A DNA stretch of 24,000 nucleotides from Candidatus Caldarchaeales archaeon (GTDB lineage Archaea; Thermoproteota; Nitrososphaeria_A; Caldarchaeales; Wolframiiraptoraceae). Shown piece after piece: positions 9,176 to 17,731 of the stretch. The position numbers and the translations under genes were made by a program. The stretch's first letter is position 1. The number at the start of each line of letters is the position of its first letter. The stretch spans positions 1 to 24,000 of the forward strand of contig JBCNVN010000017.1 of NCBI GenBank assembly GCA_039630055.1. The letters are read 5' to 3'. Below the pieces are notes generated by a model that saw only the letters and a program-made list of their open reading frames with translations, made no database searches and had not been told where the DNA came from.

Positions 9176-9270
9176 TGCTCCGGCCGGGATTTGAACCCGG
9201 GTCCCTGGCTCGAAAGGCCATTTTACGGCTCTTGGAGCCTGTATACTTGTCCGGGCTATACTACCGGAGC
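9176..9270 (-). tRNA. tRNA-Glu(TTC) containing a putative 20-nt non-canonical intron (9221..9240)
   Basis: Acceptor GCTCCGG/CCGGAGC; TAGTATAGCCCGGACAAGTATA D arm typical of archaeal tRNA-Glu; anticodon loop CTTTCGA; T arm CCGGG-TTCAAAT-CCCGG. Removing AGGCTCCAAGAGCCGTAAAA restores a perfect stem CTGGC/GCCAG and a 75-nt tRNA. Confidence 0.85.
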
Positions 9271-9272
9271 AC

Positions 9273-9285
9273 GGTATACTATACC
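9273..9285. promoter_or_regulatory. Palindrome GGTATACTATACC just 5' of tRNA-Glu, with a TATA-like element (TATAAAATAT on the minus strand, about 9300..9311) upstream
   Basis: Read directly from sequence: GGTATA-C-TATACC lies 2 nt upstream of the tRNA 5' end on the minus strand. Confidence 0.4.
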
Positions 9286-9454
9286 AATAATGTTAGAGGG
9301 ATATTTTATACTTAGCTTCATCCTAGTTCTTCTTACATTTTCTTATAACAGATTTTATAGTTTATCCATCTTTTTATTATAAAGATTGCTTACTGGAGAT
9401 TGGAGAAGATGGTTATTGACCACTACTTAACCCTTACCTATCTTTTTAATACTA

Positions 9455-9607
9455 TTATTTTGGAAACTCGTATCCGCACTCGGGGCATTTAACATAGTTG
9501 CATGAGATGATGGATGGACATTCACCACATGAGAAGACTCTAGAGTAGCTGACTTCAAAACTAAAACCACATCTGGGACATTTAACGATGTTCTTCTGAT
9601 ACTTCAT
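9455..9607 (-). CDS. Small zinc-ribbon protein, 50 aa (absent from supplied ORF track)
   Basis: Translation MKYQKNIVKCPRCGFSFEVSYSRVFSCGECPSIISCNYVKCPECGYEFPK*, with seven Cys arranged as CPxCG...CxxC...C...CPxCG. Confidence 0.75.
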   Translation of the reverse strand: MKYQKNIVKCPRCGFSFEVSYSRVFSCGECPSIISCNYVKCPECGYEFPK

Positions 9608-9769
9608 CTTCCATCTTAAATACTAGTATGTGTAGTAGAAAAACCTTGTCTAGCTTAGAAAGAGCATCTCTTGATGATTGTGAGAATCTTATAGAATCAT
9701 TCTAATATCTCGACATAGGGGTTTGGAGTATGATAACTCTCTTAAAAGAATATTCTCTATAAGATTATC

Positions 9770-10753
9770 CTAATCACTCCACCATTTCATGCTATCTCTA
9801 TACTGTCTTATATCATCTTCTCTCAACGGCTTTCTGAATATGAAGAGATGCTCATAATAGAGTAGATAGAAATCTGTATAGTATCTCCTACCTTTTTCTA
9901 TGTCTACCCAGCACTCATCTGCTGTCTTTGCTAATCCAGCCCACTTCTCTCTAGTCGTCTTAGTCTTCCACTGATATTTTATAATGTCTTCCCTAAGGAT
10001 GAAGCCAGCCTCTAGAAAAGCCTGCATAGTCCTGAAGGCTACTGGAACATGATGCCTCTGCCTCCTAATATCTCCTACAAGTATTGCACAGAATCTTCCA
10101 GGTTTCAAGACTCTATAACTTTCTCTCGCTATCTCTTTCATACTGTCTATGTATTCGTCGAGACTACCTACAGCCGATATGTCTCCAGGCATCCTCTCTC
10201 TCTTGTTGTAGCGTATGATGTTTACATATGGTGGATGCGTGGCTATCAGGTCTATGGTCTCGTCTTCGATCAAGTCGAGGTTCCTCGCATCTCCTACATA
10301 CGTTCTTATCCAAGTTCTAGGAAAGCTGGGATCGGGAGGATTATACTCAAAGTTTAATCTATCAAGTGTGAGCATTATGCAGTTGATATTTATATCGACT
10401 CCGATAGCATTTCTTCCGAGAAGCTTGCACTCTATCAGCGTTGTTCCAGACCCGCACATCTGGTCTAAAACCGTCTCATTAAGTTTAGAATATCTGATTA
10501 TTATGTTTCTCACCATCTGTGGAGGCCAATTCCCTCTAAAATCTCCTTGATGGGTTGCCCACGTCCCCCTCTCTGGGAAAGACCAGACATTCGTGGTCTC
10601 AAGCTTGAAACCTCTAGGTTGAAGCTCTCTGATCCTTTTAGGCTTTCCAATCCTAATCTTTACATCCTCTATAACCACTTCACCATTAACCTCTATGAAC
10701 CTCTCATAATCTTTACAGGTTACCTCTTTCATCCCAATGTATCTCTCCGACAT
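9770..10753 (-). CDS. Site-specific DNA methyltransferase, beta class (probable cytosine-N4 or adenine-N6)
   Basis: NVWSFPERGTWATHQGDFRGNWPPQMVRNIIIRYS, VLDQMCGSGTTLIECKLLGRNAIGVDIN (motif I), and DLIATHPPYVNIIRY (motif IV, TSPPY-like). Motif I follows an N-terminal segment and motif IV lies downstream. Confidence 0.85.
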   Translation of the reverse strand: MSERYIGMKEVTCKDYERFIEVNGEVVIEDVKIRIGKPKRIRELQPRGFKLETTNVWSFPERGTWATHQGDFRGNWPPQMVRNIIIRYSKLNETVLDQMCGSGTTLIECKLLGRNAIGVDININCIMLTLDRLNFEYNPPDPSFPRTWIRTYVGDARNLDLIEDETIDLIATHPPYVNIIRYNKRERMPGDISAVGSLDEYIDSMKEIARESYRVLKPGRFCAILVGDIRRQRHHVPVAFRTMQAFLEAGFILREDIIKYQWKTKTTREKWAGLAKTADECWVDIEKGRRYYTDFYLLYYEHLFIFRKPLREDDIRQYRDSMKWWSD

Positions 10754-10965
10754 CTCATACTCCTCCTTGGGTCACGAATTCCTACACGATAACTTTCTCC
10801 ATAGTAGATGGTCTCGAAGTAAGCTTTAAAGTATTGATGACTGGGATAACTATAACATCAAAAACTATTGACATGGTCTGAATCGAATGGATTAGTAACT
10901 TTTAAATTCGACATATAGACTATCTCTACCTTGACAAGGGGATCAGAGATCGAAGAGGTGAATAG

Positions 10966-11529
10966 GTGGACTATTTAACACTCATCCTTCTCTCTCTAGG
11001 CTTATCTCTAGATGATTTCGGAATAGCTTTTGCTCTTAGCCTTCTAACACTTGGAGAATCTTTTAGAATTCGGATGGCTTATGCGGGTAAGATAGCGGTG
11101 GCATTCTCTATCTCAACCGCTCTCCTACCTTTAATAGGCTGGATAGCAGGCTTAATGATCTATGGTTGGGTTGCTGTATTCGATGATTGGATCGTTTTGA
11201 TAGTCTTCTGCGGAGTCGGGCTATGGATCATTAAAGAAGCTTTTGAAGATGAAAAGCTTAAGTCTGTTAACATGTTTTCCTCATCATTCTGGATGCTTGT
11301 GGCCACTGGCGTATTTGGAAGCTTAGACGAGAGCGTATTAGGGGTTAGTTACCCATTCCTCGATATCTCCATCCCATGGATAATAACCGCGGTCATCTTG
11401 GCTAACACAGCTCTAGTATACATGGCGATGCTGTTGAGTATCTGGATAAGGGGTCTAAGCAAGAGATTCACCTCAATCCTCTCCGGCTCAATCCTTATAT
11501 TGCTCGGCATAATGAACTTCATAAGATAA
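10966..11529 (+). CDS. MntP-like (putative manganese efflux) / related small cation exporter membrane protein
   Basis: 187-aa, six-TM-like protein with duplicated acidic motifs LGLSLDDFGIAFALSLL and ATGVFGSLDESVLGVSY, reminiscent of MntP repeats. GTG start. Confidence 0.6.
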   Translation: MDYLTLILLSLGLSLDDFGIAFALSLLTLGESFRIRMAYAGKIAVAFSISTALLPLIGWIAGLMIYGWVAVFDDWIVLIVFCGVGLWIIKEAFEDEKLKSVNMFSSSFWMLVATGVFGSLDESVLGVSYPFLDISIPWIITAVILANTALVYMAMLLSIWIRGLSKRFTSILSGSILILLGIMNFIR

Positions 11530-11741
11530 CTAGTCAAAGCATCAGAATTCTTCATCAACTTCACATTCTCTACTTGGAAAGCACGTAATCTTCGATCTAT
11601 CGATAGGCTTAACGATCTATAGATAAGATAATCTTCAAGATTTCAGCACAACTCTTACCCTAAACTAAATTGGTCGAAGACATTATAGAAAGCTCTTATA
11701 CTCTTTGAACCATGTTCTAGTTAAAAGACTGATCAGCCGAG

Positions 11742-12653
11742 GTGGTAGGGATTAAGATCGGTTATCCTTGCATAAACCTAAGGATAGGTTGCAGAAGCGA
11801 TAAAACCTTTAGGCTCAAATCATACTCGGAGAAACGCTTGATAGAGACGGTAGATAACAACCTCGACTGTCTACTCAGAATCCTCAAATTCAACTATGAA
11901 CACAATATATTATTCTTCAGGATAACATCTGACCTCATACCTTTCGCATCTCATCCAATCTGTAGATTTAACTGGCAGAACCACTTTAAGAAAAAGTTTG
12001 AAGAAATAGGAGAATTCATAATGAGAACTGGTATGAGGATCTCGATGCATCCAGACCAGTTCACCTTGATAAACTCTATCGATGAAGAAGTATTCCAGAG
12101 AAGCGTTAAAGAACTTTCTTACCATGCTCAAGTTCTAGAACTTATGAAGCTAGATACCACTGCAAAGATCCAGATCCACATCGGTGGAGCTTATGGAGAT
12201 AAAAGAGAAAGCATGAGAAGATTCATTAAAAGATTCTATCAGCTCGATGACCAAATCGCCCGTAGGCTTACAATAGAGAATGATGATAAAATATTCTCTT
12301 TTCAAGATTGTCTAGATGTAAGTAGAGAAACAGAAATACCTATCGTGTTCGATGTCTTTCATCATTCACTTAACAATTCTGGTGAGAGTATCTCTCAAGT
12401 TTTCGAAAAACTAGTTAGAACTTGGAGTACTGATAAGGATGGTGTCCCCATGGTAGATTATAGTTCTCGAAAACGTGGAGGCTCTCCGCGACAGCATGCA
12501 GAGTCCATAGACCTGAAACACTTTAAATCTTTCATAAAAGAATCCAGACCATACGATTTTGATATTATGCTAGAGATAAAAGATAAGGAGAGGAGTGCTC
12601 TTAAAGCTGTCAAGATAGCTATGGATGATCCCCGATTCATAAAAGTATCATGA
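11742..12653 (+). CDS. uvsE: UV DNA damage endonuclease UvsE/UvdE
   Basis: IGYPCINLRIGC, ITSDLIPFASHP, MRISMHPDQFTLINS, ELMKLDTTAKIQIHIGGAYGDK, RLTIENDD, PIVFDVFHHSLN, IMLEIKDKERSALKA. Confidence 0.92.
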   Translation: MVGIKIGYPCINLRIGCRSDKTFRLKSYSEKRLIETVDNNLDCLLRILKFNYEHNILFFRITSDLIPFASHPICRFNWQNHFKKKFEEIGEFIMRTGMRISMHPDQFTLINSIDEEVFQRSVKELSYHAQVLELMKLDTTAKIQIHIGGAYGDKRESMRRFIKRFYQLDDQIARRLTIENDDKIFSFQDCLDVSRETEIPIVFDVFHHSLNNSGESISQVFEKLVRTWSTDKDGVPMVDYSSRKRGGSPRQHAESIDLKHFKSFIKESRPYDFDIMLEIKDKERSALKAVKIAMDDPRFIKVS

Positions 12654-12731
12654 AGCCGGATATATGTTGAAAACTATATCAGAAATCTGTATTGATATAA
12701 GATGCTGGGTAGACCTATCTAAAGATCTAGG

Positions 12732-12827
12732 TGGGCCGGGCCGGATTCGAACCGGCGACCTCCGCCGCATCCCCGCCGATATATTCTTGCTGTCAGGGCG
12801 GCGTCATAGCCGCTAGACTACCGGCCC
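12732..12827 (-). tRNA. tRNA-Val(GAC) with a 23-nt intron at or near position 37/38 (12768..12790)
   Basis: Acceptor GGGCCGG/CCGGCCC; D arm GTC..GAC; anticodon stem CCGCC/GGCGG; T arm GCCGG-TTCGAAT-CCGGC. Removing GCAAGAATATATCGGCGGGGATG yields loop CTGACAC and a 73-nt tRNA. Confidence 0.85.
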
Positions 12828-13082
12828 TCCGATGATGTTTAATCATGAGAATTAATAAATCCATCGCTCTACCTATCTATATGTGTATCTCCAGTGGTAG
12901 TCGGGTGTTTTTCTTCTAACTATGCTGGAAAAATTATCCGATTCGGTAGAGAGGGTTTAACCATCTTTCTAATCCTTGGAAAAAGCATTAAAGAGTCTTC
13001 GAATTAAGTATTCTAGGAAGGCTTGTACCATACTTTTCCCTCATGGAGATGACATATCCTAGATTTAGAGTTTAGGCATAAT

Positions 13083-13628
13083 TTAATTCCTAGTCTGTCT
13101 TTCCACTTTCTTTCCACATCTTTGTGGTATTATTCTTAGTTCTGCAGACTTGAACTCTCTAGTTAGCTCCTTTCCCTCTTGGAGCCAGTCTAGGAAAGTG
13201 GCTAACGCTGCCACCTCGCTGTGCGGTTGGTTAGATACCGCTATATTATAGTCTGCTAGCTCATATACCTCTCTCGGAACCTTCTCTGAACCAACTATAA
13301 CCATTATATCTTTCTCTCTCCAAATTCTTCTCACCTCATCTATAACATCTGGTAGATTTAATCCGTATACTGTTAGATGAATAATCTTTCCATCATTCTT
13401 CTTCCATTCCATTATAATCTTCCTCCACTCTTCTTCATATTCTATCTCGATCTCTCCACCCCATCTCTTAACAAACTTCTTCATCCTCTCGATCAGCTTA
13501 TCGTCTCTCTCCCCTGAGATTATGACTTTATCAGCACCGTAGGCTCTAGCCGTTAAGAAAACATGTGTAGTAATCCTCTTATCTCTCATGATTCTATGTC
13601 CAAGCCTTAGCACTACGATGTTACCCAT
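13083..13628 (-). CDS. trm56: tRNA (cytidine(56)-2'-O)-methyltransferase Trm56
   Basis: [36 protein letters not shown]..., [42 protein letters not shown] (SPOUT family knot region). Confidence 0.92.
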   Translation of the reverse strand: MGNIVVLRLGHRIMRDKRITTHVFLTARAYGADKVIISGERDDKLIERMKKFVKRWGGEIEIEYEEEWRKIIMEWKKNDGKIIHLTVYGLNLPDVIDEVRRIWREKDIMVIVGSEKVPREVYELADYNIAVSNQPHSEVAALATFLDWLQEGKELTREFKSAELRIIPQRCGKKVERQTRN

Positions 13629-13630
13629 CT

Positions 13631-14215
13631 CTACTTCTTAGCTTTAAGAGCCTTAGATACTTCTTCTTTTATAGGAAGTTCTTCAACCTTCTTAGCCCTA
13701 GCTATCTGTTCGAGATACCTCTTTATCTCATCGATTTTAGATTCTATTGCTTTCAATACTTCTTCATTATCGATTGGTTGAAGCATGTTACCGCATAATC
13801 GACATCTGAATAGATTGTCTAAAGCTTCCTCGAATGTGAGCTTTCTACATCCCTTGGTTCCACACCAGTAAAACTGGTGGCTTCTCTCATACTCTAACCT
13901 CTCCTCCAACCTCTCAAGTATCTTCTTCATATTAGTTATTATGAAGCCTGTTACCTGCTCTTGTCCAACATACCATCTAAATATTCTATGACCTGTATCT
14001 TTATCTCTAGCCAGCTCATAATGTAAGATTCCCTGCTCATTCAGTTTATGAAGTATTTTTCTAACCTCTCTAACATCTATCTGGAGGAGGCTTGATAGTT
14101 CTTCATCGGTTATGCCAGGTCTCTTCAGTAGATTCTTCATGATCTGTCCTGAAGTCTCTCCTCCAATAAGAATGGCAAGCTCCACAATCGTATCTTCATC
14201 GATGTGTAGAAGCAT
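13631..14215 (-). CDS. tfe: Transcription initiation factor E subunit alpha (TFE-alpha)
   Basis: Winged helix [52 protein letters not shown] followed by a zinc ribbon ([30 protein letters not shown]). Confidence 0.92.
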   Translation of the reverse strand: MLLHIDEDTIVELAILIGGETSGQIMKNLLKRPGITDEELSSLLQIDVREVRKILHKLNEQGILHYELARDKDTGHRIFRWYVGQEQVTGFIITNMKKILERLEERLEYERSHQFYWCGTKGCRKLTFEEALDNLFRCRLCGNMLQPIDNEEVLKAIESKIDEIKRYLEQIARAKKVEELPIKEEVSKALKAKK

Positions 14216-14392
14216 ACCATCATAAAAATAATTTAATAGAAATTAAAATACGTTTCCAAGTTATGATAAGTTATTTATAGCTCCATCATCGAAGAGCAGA
14301 TGTAGACGATATATTAGTTAAGAATGCTTTTCTAAGAAAATGATGGTAGAATAGTTAAGATAGGAGAAGCAGAAGAGATAGACCAACTTACT

Positions 14393-14566
14393 CTATCTTC
14401 TAGTAGAATAGACACTCTCCTCATCATATCTCTTAATCTTCTCCATCAATGGTTTGGAGACTGGGCTTAGTCTATCTGCTCTTTCAGACATAGAAATGCA
14501 TCTATACTTCTCTTTAGATCTTCCTTCAAGTCTCCCAAGTACCGAATCCCAGACATCTAACCTCAC
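14393..14566 (-). CDS. Candidate small hypothetical protein, 57 aa (absent from ORF track)
   Basis: GTG-initiated frame: MRLDVWDSVLGRLEGRSKEKYRCISMSERADRLSPVSKPLMEKIKRYDEESVYSTRR*. Composition looks coding-like, but there is no homology support and no clear RBS. Confidence 0.3.
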   Translation of the reverse strand: MRLDVWDSVLGRLEGRSKEKYRCISMSERADRLSPVSKPLMEKIKRYDEESVYSTRR

Positions 14567-14901
14567 TTTAGAACTCAGTAGATGTTAAGTGGTCTATACC
14601 TATATCTCCAAATGAGTAGGATAACCCAAAGGATTTCTGAACTCTTAGTAGGAGTTTAGACGTCTCCAAACGTCTGATCTATACCCTAGCAGTCTCCTCA
14701 AATATGATCATTTATTCCTATAAATTACTCTTCAAAGATCCTTAATCCTAGAAGATAGATGAGCTCAATGCTAGATAATTGATAGGGGTGAGGTTGAGAC
14801 TAGGCTCACCGAGTCTATAGCTGAGAGGATAGAGGGCTCCCTTGATATACTCTCTGTTTTAGACGCTTTCTGGTCTTGAAATAAGCTTAAAATACGTCAA
14901 A

Positions 14902-16200
14902 ATGACCGGTTTAATTATGATAATTAGAAAAGCTAGGATTAGAGGTAAAGATGGATTATTCGATATCAAGATAGAGGATGGGTTGATAAAGAGTATCTCC
15001 CCACATATCTCAGCTAGAGATGAAGAAGAAATAGATGTAGAGGGTCGCCTAGTGATGCCAACATTCATAGATATGCATTTCCATCTAGACTCGGTACTAA
15101 CCCTAGGAGATCCAAGATTCAATAAATCTGGAACACTGCTAGAAGGAATAGAGATATGGTCAGAATACAAGAAAAAGCTTAGTGTAGAGGATATTCTAGA
15201 CAGAGCAGGGAGAGCTTTAATGCTTATGGTCTCATACGGTACTACAATGATTAGAACGCATGCAGACATTACTGATAAAAACTTGATTACGCTTAAAGGA
15301 TTACTAGAGGTTAAGCGATTATTCAAAGATATAATCGATATACAGATAACCGCTTTTCCCCAGGATGGAATATTGACAGATCCAGAAAATGTCGAACTGC
15401 TTGAGAAGAGTATAGAAATGGGTGCTGACAATGTTGGAATGATCCCACATCTCGAATATACTAGAGAGGATGGAGTCAGATCTATAGATATATCATTCGA
15501 GATAGCTAAAAAATATAATAAAGATATAGATGGACATGTAGATGAGACTGATGATGAGCATTCTAGATTTCTCGAAGTTGTCGCTGCGAAAACTATAAGG
15601 GAAGAATATTTTGGTAGGGTGACCGCTGGACATGCTACCGCTATGCACTCTTATAACGATGCATATGCAGACAAGCTTTACAGATTGCTCAAGATAGCTC
15701 AGATAACCATAGTCCCAAACCCCTTGATAAACATCCATCTCCAAGGAAGATATGATAAGTATCCAAAGAGGAGAGGGTTAGCAAGGATCAAGGAGCTGAT
15801 GGATAATGGGATAAATGTGGCCCTCGGACATGATTGCATCATGGATCCATGGTATCCACTCGGTAGAGGAGACATGATGCTCGTACTCTTCATGGCCGTC
15901 CACATAGCCCAGATGATGGGTTACGATGAGCTCGTAAGATCTTTAGACCTCATAACGGTAAACTCTGCCAAAGCACTTAGGATAGATTCTAAATATGGGG
16001 TGGGAGTAGGAAGAATGGCGAACCTAGTAGTACTTGACGCATACAGCGAGATCGAGGCCTTAACATATCTTAAACGACCACTCTACGTTATAAAAAATGG
16101 GAAGATAATATCTGAGAAGAAACCTGATGAAGTTAAGGTTATAGACCCTTTATATGGAAAGCTCTCCCGATTTGAAGAACCCTTACATAGAAAGCCTTGA
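14902..16200 (+). CDS. Cytosine deaminase-like amidohydrolase (CodA family)
   Basis: PTFIDMHFHLDSVLTLG, GTTMIRTHADI, DGHVDETDDEHSRFLE, VTAGHATAMHSY, NVALGHDCIMDPWYPLGRGDM, VNSAKAL, ANLVVLDA. Confidence 0.85.
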   Translation: MTGLIMIIRKARIRGKDGLFDIKIEDGLIKSISPHISARDEEEIDVEGRLVMPTFIDMHFHLDSVLTLGDPRFNKSGTLLEGIEIWSEYKKKLSVEDILDRAGRALMLMVSYGTTMIRTHADITDKNLITLKGLLEVKRLFKDIIDIQITAFPQDGILTDPENVELLEKSIEMGADNVGMIPHLEYTREDGVRSIDISFEIAKKYNKDIDGHVDETDDEHSRFLEVVAAKTIREEYFGRVTAGHATAMHSYNDAYADKLYRLLKIAQITIVPNPLINIHLQGRYDKYPKRRGLARIKELMDNGINVALGHDCIMDPWYPLGRGDMMLVLFMAVHIAQMMGYDELVRSLDLITVNSAKALRIDSKYGVGVGRMANLVVLDAYSEIEALTYLKRPLYVIKNGKIISEKKPDEVKVIDPLYGKLSRFEEPLHRKP

Positions 16201-16452
16201 ATAGACTATAAACCTGCATTATGAGTTTTCTTAAAAACAATATAAGTAAAAATTAACGTAAAGTTCCTCCTACACTGTTAGAATAATCGTGGGAATATCT
16301 GAGGTTAGTACTCTAATCTCGTGAAATCGTATCTTGAATTTATAATTATTTACTGAAAATTTTAAAGTTAATAAGTTGTCTCTATGTAGTGATAGCAAAG
16401 GTTTAATTGTCTCTACCTTGATATGCTATAGTGAGATATGGAGTGATGTATA

Positions 16453-17673
16453 TTGGTGAGTAAAAAATCTATTAATGCTGTATCTAAAACCGTTGCTATC
16501 CTGATCGCATTAGTGATAATTTTGGCTATCGTCGCAGCGGTTGAGCCGGTAATGCTGCCTGCAACAACTATAACGAAGACTGACGTTATAACCGAAACTA
16601 AGACTTTTACGACTAGTGTAGGAGCAGCAACGGTAACGGAGACGAGAACAGTATCTACAACAGTGGAGAAGACCGTTACCGTTGGGAAACCTCAGAAGAC
16701 GGAGCTTGTGGTTAGAGCCGTCTTCCAGACCCCTGTAAGCGAGCCTTGGGATGGAGCTATACATACAGCAATCCTCGCAGTTAAGGAAGAGTATGCCGCC
16801 AAAGGTATAAAAGTTGATTATCAGTTTGTAGATAGGAAGATAGACCCGAAAGAGTATGAACTGGCTCTTGAAGATGCAGCAAAAGTTGCAGATATAGTCT
16901 TCCTAGACGCATTCTTAAAAGAAGATATAGCTAGAAGAGTAGCTCAGAAGTATCCTAACGTAGCGTTTGCAGCTGGAAGCGAGTATCTGCCAACACCTCC
17001 GAACTTCGCCGTCTTCGATAACTGGCTACATCAACCAGCCTTCCTGGCCGGGGTAATTGCTGGAAGGGTTACTAAAACGAATAAGATAGGTGTTGTAGCG
17101 GCCATGGAGATAAACGAGGTAAATAGGATAGTTAATGCATTCATACTTGGTGCGAAGACTGTGAACCCAAACGTTAAAGCTAAAGTTGTATATCTACTTG
17201 GAAACATTCCGCCTGGAGAGTCTCCATGGTATCATCCAGCAACTGCTAAGAGACTTGCCAAGACCCTGATAGATCTAGGAGCAGATGTAATCTTTGCCGA
17301 GAGGGTTGGAGCAGAAGAGGCAGCTAGAGAAGCATATGCTGGAGGGAAGGAGGTCTGGGTTATAGGGATGATGGCAGATCAATATGATAGAGCTCCTGAA
17401 GTAACTGTAACCAGTCTAGTCTGGGATATGAGACCAACTGTAAGAGTAGCTTTCGAGAGAGTACTGGCTGGAACATGGACAGCGGACAATCTTGGAACAT
17501 ATTCTTGGATGAGCTTTGGAGGATCATATCTAGCAGATTTCCATCACTTTGGCAAGCCTTCACCTCCACTCAACTCTGAAATACTGAAAGAAGTCAAAGA
17601 ATGGGAGAAAAGAATAATAGATGGTTTAACATGGATACCGATAGTCGAAACACCACCGGTATCAGATTATTAA
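16453..17673 (+). CDS. BMP family ABC transporter substrate-binding protein (nucleoside/purine-type), membrane-anchored with Thr-rich stalk
   Basis: Signal-anchor AILIALVIILAIVAA; FQTPVSEPWDGAIHTAILAVKEEY; YPNVAFAAGSEYLPTPPNFAVFDNWLHQPAFLAGVIAG; TKTNKIGVVAAMEINEVNRIVNAFILGAK; WVIGMMADQYDRAPEVTVTS. Start TTG 16453 or GTG 16456. Confidence 0.87.
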   Translation: MVSKKSINAVSKTVAILIALVIILAIVAAVEPVMLPATTITKTDVITETKTFTTSVGAATVTETRTVSTTVEKTVTVGKPQKTELVVRAVFQTPVSEPWDGAIHTAILAVKEEYAAKGIKVDYQFVDRKIDPKEYELALEDAAKVADIVFLDAFLKEDIARRVAQKYPNVAFAAGSEYLPTPPNFAVFDNWLHQPAFLAGVIAGRVTKTNKIGVVAAMEINEVNRIVNAFILGAKTVNPNVKAKVVYLLGNIPPGESPWYHPATAKRLAKTLIDLGADVIFAERVGAEEAAREAYAGGKEVWVIGMMADQYDRAPEVTVTSLVWDMRPTVRVAFERVLAGTWTADNLGTYSWMSFGGSYLADFHHFGKPSPPLNSEILKEVKEWEKRIIDGLTWIPIVETPPVSDY

Positions 17674-17731
17674 AACCATCCTTTTTTTTCTTTAACTATT
17701 TAAACTGGAACATAATCTTGAAGTTGGAATC

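Noticed and set aside
9191-9382. Plus-strand ORF 9191..9382
   Set aside because: It overlaps tRNA-Glu in antisense and is a chance open frame.
14859-15431. 190-aa minus-strand ORF opposite the CodA-like gene
   Set aside because: Ser/Ile-rich antisense frame. The plus strand encodes a clear amidohydrolase with catalytic motifs.
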